NCBI GenBank assembly: GCA_002423545.1
Contig: DIWP01000046.1
Location: forward strand, 32,437-96,436
Direction of reading: 5' to 3'
Length of the DNA: 64,000 nucleotides
DNA from: Thermoleophilia bacterium UBA6103
GTDB taxonomy: Bacteria; Actinomycetota; Thermoleophilia; UBA2241
In this document: piece after piece, positions 27,928 to 36,808 of the stretch
Layout: every line of letters begins with the position of its first letter
Numbering within the stretch: position 1 is the first letter of the stretch
Position numbers and translations under genes: made by a program
The notes under the pieces: model-generated
Told to the model about the DNA's origin: nothing
The model's database searches: none
Seen by the model: only the letters and a program-made list of their open reading frames with translations

Positions 27928-28200
27928 GTGGCGGAGAACGGACGCAGAGGGGTGTTCCTGGTCGGCCTGGCGGCCGGTGCGGCGGCGACGTGGCTGCTGG
28001 CGACCGGCAAGGGCCGCGCGCTCTGCAGCCGGCTGACGGCCGGCAGGCGCGGCCCGGAGCCGGACCAGCTCGTCGACGTCGAATCGTCCGCCTGGCAGGA
28101 TGCGGCGGACGCCGACGAACGCTCCGAGGCGCTGCGTCGCAAGATCGACGAGACGCGACGCCGGCTGCGCGAGCAGGTCGGCCTGCCGCCGGAGGCATGA
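27928..28200 (+). CDS. Small protein with an N-terminal TM helix and a charged C-terminal helix (YtxH/DUF948-like)
   Basis: GTG at 27928 is preceded by GGGAGG. VFLVGLAAGAAATWLLATGKG is followed by a coiled-coil-like C-terminus. The stop overlaps the next start (ATGA). Confidence 0.4.
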   Translation: MAENGRRGVFLVGLAAGAAATWLLATGKGRALCSRLTAGRRGPEPDQLVDVESSAWQDAADADERSEALRRKIDETRRRLREQVGLPPEA

Positions 28201-29042
28201 CTCACGGGACGCGGAGGGCGGCGGTCGTGCTGGGCACGACCGCCGCCCTCGGTCTCTCGTATCTCCTCTTCGAGGCGCAGTGGGTGCGCCGCATCGACCG
28301 CACCGTCGCGGTCCCGGACCTGCCGGCCGACCTCGACGGCCTCACGATCGCTCACCTCTCGGACATGCACGCCGGCTTCCGTCTGAGCCTCAACTTGCGG
28401 GCCACCCGTCGCGCCTTCGCGCTGGCGCTCGCGGCACGCCCCGACCTCATCGCCATCACGGGCGACTTCGCCGGTGGTCCGGCCAATCTGGAGGCGCTCG
28501 AGCGCGAGCTGGAGACGCTGCGGGCGCCGCTCGGTGTCTTCGGCGTCCTCGGCAACCACGATCACGGTGAGAGCAAGGTGCCGTTCACCGTCCCCGTCGA
28601 TCTGAGCTGCCTGAGCGAGCACGGGGTCCGCCTGCTCGACGGCGAGTGCATGACGATCGAGCGAGGCGCCGCTCGTATCCAGGTGTGCGGCATCGACGAC
28701 TGGCGGCACGGCTACGGCGACCTGGAGCCGGTGCGGCAGGCTCTCGACCGGCGGCCGGCCACGATGCGGTTGCTGCTCAGCCACTACGCCGGCGCGGCGC
28801 TCGAGCTGGCGCCGGACGACGTGCACCTCACGCTCAGCGGCGACACGCACGGCGGCCAGCTCTGCCTGCCGTGGCCGGGCGGTCCGGTGATGCTCAGCGA
28901 CCCGTCGGCCGAGTTCAAGGACGGGCTCTATGATCGCGACGGCCGGCTGATCCACGTCACTCGCGGCATCGGGACCAGCCTGCTGCCGTTCCGCTTCTTG
29001 TGTCGCCCGGAGGTAGCGATCCTGACGCTGCGGCGTGCGTGA
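28197..29042 (+). CDS. Calcineurin-like metallophosphoesterase (YkuE type)
   Basis: Signal/TM N-terminus followed by phosphoesterase motifs (IAHLSDMHAG, AITGDF, LGNHDH, GDTHGGQ). Confidence 0.75.
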   Translation: MTHGTRRAAVVLGTTAALGLSYLLFEAQWVRRIDRTVAVPDLPADLDGLTIAHLSDMHAGFRLSLNLRATRRAFALALAARPDLIAITGDFAGGPANLEALERELETLRAPLGVFGVLGNHDHGESKVPFTVPVDLSCLSEHGVRLLDGECMTIERGAARIQVCGIDDWRHGYGDLEPVRQALDRRPATMRLLLSHYAGAALELAPDDVHLTLSGDTHGGQLCLPWPGGPVMLSDPSAEFKDGLYDRDGRLIHVTRGIGTSLLPFRFLCRPEVAILTLRRA

Positions 29043-29150
29043 CTGCGGGCCGCCCGGACGGCCGGCTCACGGCGGGCATCGCCCTCTCGGCCGCCCCACG
29101 GCGCACCGGCTCACGGCGCGCCGCCCTTGCGGTGGCCGTCGGTCCGCGCG

Positions 29151-30299
29151 TCAGCTCTCAGCAGGCTGCCGCTGGAAGCGTTCCGCGAGCCGCACCAGCG
29201 GCGGGTTGACGGCGTCGATGGCTCCGGTGGGGCACACTTCGACGCAGGCGTAGCAGCGGACGCAGCGGTCGTCGTCGTAGACCGGCACGCGAGCGAGCGT
29301 GCAGGCGCCGTTGCCGCAGATGCCGGCGCACTCCCCGCAGCGGATGCACAGCGAGGGGGCCACCACCCGTGGCCGGGCGGTCAGCAGACGGCGGCCGACG
29401 GCCCGCAGGCGGCGCGGTATGCGGGCATCGAGATCACGGCCGGCGTGGACGAACCCGGGTTCGTCCACGATCTGGTCGCCGGTGGCCTGGTACGGTGTCT
29501 GGAGGTCGATGATGCCGCGTCGTTCGGCGGCGGCCAGCGTGTACACCTCGGCCCGGTCATGACCGGTGCGGTCGGCCAGGGCCGCGTCCAGAGCCACGGC
29601 ATCGTGTGCGGCGAAGAGCGAGCCGAGGGCACAGGGCGTGCCGCCGCCGGGACCCTGACCCTGCATGGCGACGATGCCGTCGATGATCGTGAACCGGGGC
29701 GCCAGTCCCAGGTGGAGGTCGAGCAGCATGTCGGCGAAGTCGGCCCGCTCCGGCAGGTTGATGTGCAGGCGCGCCTTGGTGAGCCCGGGGATGCAGCCGA
29801 AGGTGAGCTTGACGCCCCCGGTGAGGCGCATGAGCTGATGTGTCTTGAGCGGCCCGAGCTGTACGATGCCGTGCGCCTCCACGAACGATCGTGCCACGGT
29901 GAAGGAGCGAAAGCGCAGGCCGTCGGGACAGGGGAACGGCAGGCCCTCGTTCTCGACGTCGCGCAGCTCCACGTGCTCCTGCATACAGACGTCGGCGATG
30001 CCGCTGAGCTTCCAGATGCGGGCGATCTTCTGCGGCGGATTGCGCCCGCCGGGACTGTCGGCGACGAACGGCTCGGCGCCGGCCGCCTTGATCGCCCGCA
30101 GCACCGCGCGCAGCGTCTCCGGGTGGGTGCAGACGGCGCGCTCGGGCTCGGCGCCGCGCAGCAGGTTGATCTTGACGGCGATGCGCTCGCCGGGCCGCAC
30201 GATGCGGGTCCAACCGCCGAACGGGGCCACCAGCCGCTCCAGGTGCCCGGGCAGACCGGGACCGTGCTCGGCGCGGACGTGACTGACAAGCGCCGGCAC
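29151..30299 (-). CDS. DUF362-domain protein with C-terminal 2x[4Fe-4S] ferredoxin domain
   Basis: DUF362 core (IAVKINLL, IADVCMQEH, GIVQLGPLKTHQLMRLTGGVKLTFGCIPG) plus CIRCGECAGICGNGAC and CVRCYACVEVCP. Confidence 0.65.
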   Translation of the reverse strand: MPALVSHVRAEHGPGLPGHLERLVAPFGGWTRIVRPGERIAVKINLLRGAEPERAVCTHPETLRAVLRAIKAAGAEPFVADSPGGRNPPQKIARIWKLSGIADVCMQEHVELRDVENEGLPFPCPDGLRFRSFTVARSFVEAHGIVQLGPLKTHQLMRLTGGVKLTFGCIPGLTKARLHINLPERADFADMLLDLHLGLAPRFTIIDGIVAMQGQGPGGGTPCALGSLFAAHDAVALDAALADRTGHDRAEVYTLAAAERRGIIDLQTPYQATGDQIVDEPGFVHAGRDLDARIPRRLRAVGRRLLTARPRVVAPSLCIRCGECAGICGNGACTLARVPVYDDDRCVRCYACVEVCPTGAIDAVNPPLVRLAERFQRQPAES

Positions 30300-30307
30300 G
30301 GCGTCGC

Positions 30308-30907
30308 TCAGGTGTCGGCCGGATTCTCGGCCACCACTGCGATGTGGTGCTGGAGAAGCTCGCCGGGCTCGTACACGGCGATCTCGCGGACGCCCAGGCC
30401 GCGGATGAGCTCTCGCAGGCGGTCGTGCGGCAGCACGTGATCCCGGGGCGGACCGATGGGGCGGTCGATGTCGCCGAAGTCGATGACCACCAGGCGCCCG
30501 CCGGGCCGCAGCAGCCTCGCCATGGTGTCGAGGGCCTGCTGTTCGTCGTGGACGTGGTGAGCGACGTTGATGGTGAGCAGGCGGTCGGCGACGCCGTCGT
30601 CGAGCGGCACGTGACCATCTTCGGTCAGGACCGGCTCGATGCGTGCGGCCAGCAGCGGGTCGATGGTGGCGAGCTTGTCGCGCAGCCGTTCGAGCAGCTC
30701 CGGCGACTCGTCGACGGCCAGGACCAGCCCGCAGGCGAGATGCTCGGCGAGGGGGATGGTGAACGCTCCGGTGCCGGCGCCGAAGTCGACGACCGTCTCG
30801 TGGCCGTGGACATCGAGCAGCTCGGCGATGACGGCCGGCGGCAGCTCCACGAGGCGCTGCGGGTCTTCGAGCCGTTCCCAGTGCGCGGGGTCGAACTTCT
30901 CAGCCAT
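30308..30907 (-). CDS. Class I SAM-dependent methyltransferase
   Basis: Start Met (MAEKFD) found by aa index in ORF 30308..31243; upstream residues overlap the next gene. SAM motif I VVDFGAGTGAF and motif II RLLRPGGRLVV. Confidence 0.65.
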   Translation of the reverse strand: MAEKFDPAHWERLEDPQRLVELPPAVIAELLDVHGHETVVDFGAGTGAFTIPLAEHLACGLVLAVDESPELLERLRDKLATIDPLLAARIEPVLTEDGHVPLDDGVADRLLTINVAHHVHDEQQALDTMARLLRPGGRLVVIDFGDIDRPIGPPRDHVLPHDRLRELIRGLGVREIAVYEPGELLQHHIAVVAENPADT

Positions 30908-30918
30908 TGTGCGCGACC

Positions 30919-31206
30919 TCAGCGGGCGCTCTGCGCATACTTCAGGAAGGCCTCGAGCGCCGCTTCGACGGCCTCTTCGGTGCCCAGCTCGGCGCCCTGC
31001 TCGGCGAGGCACTCCCGCATCTTGTGCGAGATGAGGAGGATGCCGACCCTGTCGAGCGCCGCCTTGACGGCGGCGAGCTGCGTGAAGACCTCCTCGCAGC
31101 TGCGCTCTTCCTCGATCATGCGCTGCAGGCCGCGGGTCTGGCCCTCGACCCGGCGCAGGCGGTTGAGGATGCGGGCGGTCTCGTCGGCTGTCGGCGTCTC
31201 GGTCAC
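30919..31206 (-). CDS. CsoR/RcnR-family metal-sensing transcriptional repressor
   Basis: GTG start by aa index. RLRRVEGQTRGLQRMIEEERSCEEVFTQLAAVKAALDRVGILLISHKMREC fits the CsoR fold with Cys/His ligands. Confidence 0.7.
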   Translation of the reverse strand: MTETPTADETARILNRLRRVEGQTRGLQRMIEEERSCEEVFTQLAAVKAALDRVGILLISHKMRECLAEQGAELGTEEAVEAALEAFLKYAQSAR

Positions 31207-31372
31207 GCAGGCAGTATACCTCCCCGGGTACTCGATGAACCACCCGGCCGATGGTCGAATCGTCTGGGGCGATGTCGCCGAGCGCGGCGGCCGAGAAGGG
31301 GGTGCCGAGCCGGCAAGACGGCCGCGTCGCCGGAGCGCAGACGGCCGGCGCGGGGCTTCGGGCGGCGAGTCG

Positions 31373-32233
31373 TCAATCCGACGTGGGAGCCAGGGGGCGG
31401 CAGCGGGCGCGCAGCGCGTCGAGGACGCTGTCGGGTACCGGCTGCCCCGCGGCGCCGACACCGAGCTTGACGGTGGGCTTCATCTCGCCGTGGAAGTCCG
31501 ACCCGCCGGTGGCGACCAGTTCGTACTCGGCGGCCAGTGCGAGGCACTGTGTCACCGTGGCTTCGTCGTGTCGAGGGTAAAAGCACTCGATGCCGACCAC
31601 GCCGTGCCGCTTCGCCTCGCGCACCAGCCGCCGCAGGCCGGCCGCGTCGGTGCGGATGATGCCGGGGTGGGCGATTACCGCCAGACCCTGTTCGGCGCCG
31701 ATGAGAGCGACCGCTTCGGCGAGGCCGAGCCGGCGGCGATCGACAAAGGCCGGGGCGCCGCGACGCAAGAAGCGCTCAAAGGCTTCGCTGATGGAATCGA
31801 CGTAGCCGCGCTGGCGCAGTGCCTCGCCGATGTGCGGCCGCCCGACGGTCTCGCCGTTGGCGACCGCCGCCAGCTCCGCGGCGTCGAGCGGATAGCCGAG
31901 AGCGGCCAGCCTCTCCAGGATCTGCGAGTTGCGCTCGTCGCGCTCGCGGCGCAGCCGCGTGAGCCGCGCCCGGAAGCCGTCTCCCGGCGGTCCGCAGAGG
32001 AAATAGCCGAGCATGTCGAGCGTGAAGCGCTCGAACTCGAGTGGGATCTCGACGCCGGGCACGACCTCGACGCCCAGGGCCTTGCCGGCCGCCAGCGCCT
32101 CGTCGACGCCTTCGACGCTGTCGTGATCGGTGATGGCGACCGCCGAGAGACCGATGCGGTGGGCCAGCGCGACCAGCTCGCTCGGGGTGAGCGAGCCGTC
32201 GGACATGGTGGTGTGCGTGTGCAGGTCGATCAT
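31373..32233 (-). CDS. PHP-domain metal-dependent phosphoesterase (TrpH/YciV-like)
   Basis: MIDLHTHTTMSDGSLTP…AVAITDHDSVEG…GGSDFHG. Confidence 0.75.
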   Translation of the reverse strand: MIDLHTHTTMSDGSLTPSELVALAHRIGLSAVAITDHDSVEGVDEALAAGKALGVEVVPGVEIPLEFERFTLDMLGYFLCGPPGDGFRARLTRLRRERDERNSQILERLAALGYPLDAAELAAVANGETVGRPHIGEALRQRGYVDSISEAFERFLRRGAPAFVDRRRLGLAEAVALIGAEQGLAVIAHPGIIRTDAAGLRRLVREAKRHGVVGIECFYPRHDEATVTQCLALAAEYELVATGGSDFHGEMKPTVKLGVGAAGQPVPDSVLDALRARCRPLAPTSD

Positions 32234-32345
32234 CGTTGCCCTCGGAGTGTGCCGGTCGGCCTACCCTAGCATGAGGCGGCGAAGGGTCAGTGCGCACCCC
32301 GGCCGGTGCGGTCACGCCGTGCGCTCGGGGTCCCGCCAGACGCGC

Positions 32346-34094
32346 TCAGGCCGTGCGCGCCCCGGATCGCCTCGCTGCTGCGCTCGTCCAGGAACGCTGC
32401 TCGATCAGGGTCAGGAACGCTTCCACCACGACCGGGTCGAACTGCGTGCCCGACCCGCCGAGCAACTCCCCGCGTGCCTCTTCGTGGGGCATCGCCGCCC
32501 GATAGCGTCTGTCGGACGTCATGGCGTCGTAGGCGTCGCACACGAACAGGATGCGAGAGAGCAGCGGGATCTCCTCGCCGGCCAGCCCGTCCGGATAGCC
32601 GCTGCCGTCCCAGCGCTCGTGTGCCGCTCGCACGATGCGCGCCACCGGCTTGAGGTAGTCGACGCGCGAGACGATGCGCTCGCCGATGGTGGTGTGCTGG
32701 GTCATCCGCGTGTATTCCAGCGCCGTGAGGCGGTCGGGCTTGTTCAGAATGTGTCCGGGCACGCCTATCTTGCCGACGTCGTGCAGCACCGCCGCGTACT
32801 CGAGCTCGCGAAGCTGTCCATCGTCGAGACCCATGTGGTGACCGACCGCGACCGCCATGGTGGCGATGTTCTCCGCATGGGTGGCCGTGTACTGGTCCTT
32901 GGCCTCCATCGCGGTCGCCAGAGCCTGCACCATCTCGAGGTTGGTGGTCTCCAGCCGGCGCACGATGTCGGCGCTGCGCAGGGCGATGACGAGCTGTCCG
33001 GCGATGGTCGTGAGCAGGGCGGCGTTCTCTTCGTCAAAGCCTCCACCGGGGACACCGCCGACCGCCAGGAAGCCGAGGGTGTTCCCCTCTATCTCCATCG
33101 GCGCAGCCATACGGACGTGGACTGCCGCCGGGCAGGTGGCGACGCACAGGTCGCCGGCCGCCTGCCGCGCCGGCGGCGCAGCGCCCGGCGAGTCCCCGGC
33201 CATGTGGACGGCAGCCGCTGCGTGCGAGGGCGCAGCACGATCGGCGGGTTCGCCGTCGAGCACCTGGACACTGTGCTCGCGCAGCGCTGCGGTACCCAGC
33301 CGGCGTAGCGCGACGGCGAGCCGGCGGCTGCCGCTGAATGCCTCGCGGCCGGCGCTTGCGGATCCGAGGGCGGTACCGGCCAGGACCGGGGCCGCGGCCG
33401 GCACGCCGTGGGCGCGTCCCGCCCCGCCTCCCGCGTCGGACGTGGGCGCCAGGGAGAGCATCGCCGCGTCGGCGTCAAACGCCTCTCGCACCAGCTCAGC
33501 CACGTCCTGCAAGGCGTCGGTGACGTCGCGGCTCTGCGCCAGCGTGTCGCCGAGCACATTGAGACTGGCGATGGCCAGCGACAGCGTGCCGAGGCGGTCG
33601 GTCAGCAGCTCGACCCGTGCGGCCACGCTGGCAGACATCGCGTTGAAGGCGTGGCCGAGCTTGTCTATCTCGTCCTGGCTTGCCACATCGAGCTGTTGGC
33701 GCAGGTCGCCCTCGGCCATCGCCGTCGACGCTGCCTCGAGCCGGCCCAGCCGGCGGCTCACCCGCCGCGAGAGCGGCATGCCGACGGCCAGACCCAGGAG
33801 CAGGACCACCGCGGTCCCGGCAAGCAGTGAGGTCCGGGTGCCGCTGTCGATGGCCTGTTGGAGATCACTGCGCGAGGTCGAAGGGACGCCGCCACTCCCG
33901 TCGCCGGCGTCCGCCGCTGCGGCCGGGACGGCTCTCACGCTCTGGGGGGTGGGGTCGGTCGAGCGGACGTGCAGCGTCATGATCAGGTAGTCCAGCGCCA
34001 TGGCGCAGACCACGGCCAGCAGACCGGCCACCATCACGGCGACCAGCAGCTGCGTCGAGATGCCCCAGAAGGATCTGTTCGAGCGACCGGACAA
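32346..34094 (-). CDS. Membrane-anchored HAMP-GAF-HD-GYP signalling protein (putative c-di-GMP phosphodiesterase)
   Basis: N-terminal TM, then HAMP (LGHAFNAMSASVAARVELL), GAF, and an HD-GYP domain (HAENIATMAVAVGHHMGL…AAVLHDVGKIGVPGHILNKP…HHERWDGSGYP). Confidence 0.8.
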   Translation of the reverse strand: MSGRSNRSFWGISTQLLVAVMVAGLLAVVCAMALDYLIMTLHVRSTDPTPQSVRAVPAAAADAGDGSGGVPSTSRSDLQQAIDSGTRTSLLAGTAVVLLLGLAVGMPLSRRVSRRLGRLEAASTAMAEGDLRQQLDVASQDEIDKLGHAFNAMSASVAARVELLTDRLGTLSLAIASLNVLGDTLAQSRDVTDALQDVAELVREAFDADAAMLSLAPTSDAGGGAGRAHGVPAAAPVLAGTALGSASAGREAFSGSRRLAVALRRLGTAALREHSVQVLDGEPADRAAPSHAAAAVHMAGDSPGAAPPARQAAGDLCVATCPAAVHVRMAAPMEIEGNTLGFLAVGGVPGGGFDEENAALLTTIAGQLVIALRSADIVRRLETTNLEMVQALATAMEAKDQYTATHAENIATMAVAVGHHMGLDDGQLRELEYAAVLHDVGKIGVPGHILNKPDRLTALEYTRMTQHTTIGERIVSRVDYLKPVARIVRAAHERWDGSGYPDGLAGEEIPLLSRILFVCDAYDAMTSDRRYRAAMPHEEARGELLGGSGTQFDPVVVEAFLTLIEQRSWTSAAARRSGARTA

Positions 34095-34400
34095 CGCGAC
34101 TCCTTATGAAATACGGATATCAGCGTATCCCAAAGACGGTATCGGCAGAGACGGCGAAGACATGAGCGTCCCGTACATGTCGGCGACGGTGCCTTCACTG
34201 GCGGCCGGAGCGGCCGTCTACTACTTTCTGGCCAAGTTCTGGGTGCAGAGGGTCGGCAAGGGCGGCTACACGTCCTGAGGCCGAAGCTGCCGCTGTTCCC
34301 CGCCCGGCGCGGCGTCTGCCGGCGGGGAGGTCCGCCCCGCCGCTCGCGCTTCCCGCGGCGCGAAGGCTGCCCTTGAGCGGGGGCGGGTCGCAGCGTAGGG

Positions 34401-35948
34401 TTGGTCATCATGGGACTCCCCTACGACGACGTGCATCTGATCTCCGACCCGCTCTACGGCTACCTGCGCATCACCACGCCGCGGGACGACGGCGAGACGG
34501 CCGAGTCGGACCTGCTCGACGACCCCTGGGTCCAGCGGCTCAAGCGCATCCACCAGCTGCAGAGCTCCTGGTGGGTCTTCCCGACCGCCGAGCACAGCCG
34601 CTTCGCTCACAGCCTTGGCGTCATGCACCTGGCAGGCACGCTCGCCACGCACGTCTACCCGACGTTGCGCGCCGTGTTGCTGGGCGAGAGCGCGGATGCC
34701 TCTGCCGCTCGGACCCGCCCGGCGGTGGCGCCGTCGTTTGGCGCCGGAGGCGCCGATGCGGCGTCGCCGGCAGATCCGGGTGCCGTCCCGGCGACAGCGG
34801 CCGATAACCCGGTACCGTCCTGTGCCCTGGTCGAAGAGACGCTGCGCATCGCCGGCCTGCTGCACGACGTGGGTCACGGTCCGTTCAGTCACTTCTGCGA
34901 TGAGGAGTACCTGCATCCGCGCTGGGGTCTCGATCACGAGCAGATCTCGCAGCGTCTGATCACGCACGAGCTGGCGCCGGCGATCGGTGCGCTGCGTCGC
35001 AGTCCCGCCGGCGAGCTTGCGGCCGGCGAGGCGGTCGACCCGGCACATGTGGCCTGGCTGGTGCGCGGTGAGCGGGGGGACGGCGACTCGGAGCCCGGCG
35101 CCGCGTCTCCGCCACGCTGGGTGAGACTGCTGGCGCGCGCCTTGAGCGGCGCCGCGACTGTCGACAACATGGACTACGTCCGCCGCGACTCGTACATGTG
35201 CGGCGTCTCGCTGGGGGCGGTCGACGTCGAGCGCCTCATCTACTACTCCTTCTGCACCGATGAGGGCCTCACGCTGCACAAACGCGCTCTGGGGGCGTTG
35301 CGCGCCTTCCTCAATGCGCGCCTGTACATGTACGAGAACGTCTACTTCCACCGCATCGGCGGCGCCATCGACATGCACCTGCGGGAGATCTTCGCCGACA
35401 CTCTGGCGCTCATCCTGCCGGAGAGCCCGCTCGACGACCTGGCGGCCTATCGGCGGGTCACCGAATGGTCGCTGTTCGAGGAGGTCGAGGGGTGGCTTGC
35501 GGAGCCGCCCGGCACACGCCGCCGGCGGCTCGGCGACGAGTGGCGGCGGATCATCCATCGCGACGTGAAGTATCACGCCGTGTTCGAGCAGCAGATCGAG
35601 CACGGGCAGCCGGCGCCGGGTACGCGCGAGCTGTCGCGGCACGAGTTCGAGGCGGCGATCCGCCGGGCGCTGCCGGCGGAGCTCGTCGAGCTCGAGTTCC
35701 GGGTCGATGTGGCGTCGCAGGACCCGCGGCCGGTGAACCCGTTGCGTGGTCCCAAGCGCATCCCTGTGTACGACCCGGTGACCGGAACGGTCGCCGACGA
35801 ACTGCTCGGCGCCATGCTCGCGTTCGTGCCGGCCAGGGCGCATCTGTACCGCGTGTACTCGGTGGACAGGGAGCACGAGCGCGCTCTGGCGGAGGCGGCG
35901 AGAGCGGCTCTCGGCGAAGTGGCGCCGGCGAGCCTGACGAATCTGTAG
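34401..35948 (+). CDS. HD-domain dNTP triphosphohydrolase-like protein (dGTPase / SAMHD1 superfamily)
   Basis: RLKRIHQLQSSWWVFPTAEHSRFAHSLGV…LLHDVGHGPFSH…DNMDYVRRDSYMCGV. The true start may be the Met at 34410. Confidence 0.75.
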   Translation: MVIMGLPYDDVHLISDPLYGYLRITTPRDDGETAESDLLDDPWVQRLKRIHQLQSSWWVFPTAEHSRFAHSLGVMHLAGTLATHVYPTLRAVLLGESADASAARTRPAVAPSFGAGGADAASPADPGAVPATAADNPVPSCALVEETLRIAGLLHDVGHGPFSHFCDEEYLHPRWGLDHEQISQRLITHELAPAIGALRRSPAGELAAGEAVDPAHVAWLVRGERGDGDSEPGAASPPRWVRLLARALSGAATVDNMDYVRRDSYMCGVSLGAVDVERLIYYSFCTDEGLTLHKRALGALRAFLNARLYMYENVYFHRIGGAIDMHLREIFADTLALILPESPLDDLAAYRRVTEWSLFEEVEGWLAEPPGTRRRRLGDEWRRIIHRDVKYHAVFEQQIEHGQPAPGTRELSRHEFEAAIRRALPAELVELEFRVDVASQDPRPVNPLRGPKRIPVYDPVTGTVADELLGAMLAFVPARAHLYRVYSVDREHERALAEAARAALGEVAPASLTNL

Positions 35949-35974
35949 CCGGCGGTCCGTCGATCGGGCCGAAG

Positions 35975-36769
35975 ATGGGAAGGGCCATCGTCGTGAGCCT
36001 GTGGCCTGAGACGCCCAAGGAGCTCATCGAGCGGCAACTGGAGCTTGCTGCCCGTGCCGCCGAGGTCGAGCCGTGGTCGCCGCCGTCCCGCCCGCTGCGC
36101 GTCGCGGCCGCGTTCTGTGCTTTCCCCACCGGCGTTCATGGCCCCGGTTCTGCCGGCGACCCCGTGTGGACGGCCGCCGTCGTGTGGACGGGGCGCACGG
36201 TGCCCGAGGCCGGCGACCGTCCGGCCTCCCGGGCCGGGACAGGGCGGGGCCGCGTCGCGGGGCCGGGTCGCGTGCTGGCCGAGGCCATTCAGTCGGGAGT
36301 CGCTGGAGCCCCGTACATCGCCGGCCTGCTGGGCCTGCGGGCGGGGGAGTCGCTGGAGGCTGCGCTGCGATCGGTCGGTGTCGCCGAGCCGGACGTGCTG
36401 CTGTTGGACGCCACCGGCCGTGACCATCCTCGTGGGGCCGGTCTGGCGCTCCACCTGGGGGCGGCTCTCGGGGTGCCGAGCGTCGGGGTGACGAACCGCG
36501 TGCTGGTCGCCGCCTTCGAGCAACCGGAAGACCGGACCGGCGCGGTGAGCGGACTACGCTTCGGCGGCCGACTCGTCGGCTACGCGCTGTGCGCGCGAGC
36601 CGGCGCCAATCCGCTGCTGATCCATGCTGCGTGGCGCACCGACCCGGCGACGGCACTGGCCGTGGTGCAGCCGCTCATCGGTCGCTGGCGGACGCCGGAG
36701 CCGTTGCGAGTGGCACGTCATGCGGCGCGGGTGGCGCGGGCGCGTGCGGAGGGTCGCTACCCCCGCTGA
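35975..36769 (+). CDS. nfi: Endonuclease V (deoxyinosine 3' endonuclease)
   Basis: ATG at 35975 by aa index in ORF 35465..36769. Endo V motifs (VAAAFCAF…LLLDATGRDHPRGAGLALHLGAALGVPSVGVTN). Confidence 0.75.
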   Translation: MGRAIVVSLWPETPKELIERQLELAARAAEVEPWSPPSRPLRVAAAFCAFPTGVHGPGSAGDPVWTAAVVWTGRTVPEAGDRPASRAGTGRGRVAGPGRVLAEAIQSGVAGAPYIAGLLGLRAGESLEAALRSVGVAEPDVLLLDATGRDHPRGAGLALHLGAALGVPSVGVTNRVLVAAFEQPEDRTGAVSGLRFGGRLVGYALCARAGANPLLIHAAWRTDPATALAVVQPLIGRWRTPEPLRVARHAARVARARAEGRYPR

Positions 36770-36808
36770 GGTGCCGGATCCCTCGATGGCGCGACCGATC
36801 GGCGGCCG

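Noticed and set aside
34000-34278. 92-aa ORF spanning the HD-GYP gene start
   Set aside because: Overlaps the 5' end of the HD-GYP CDS on the other strand and has no coding signature. Only the last 38 codons are intergenic.
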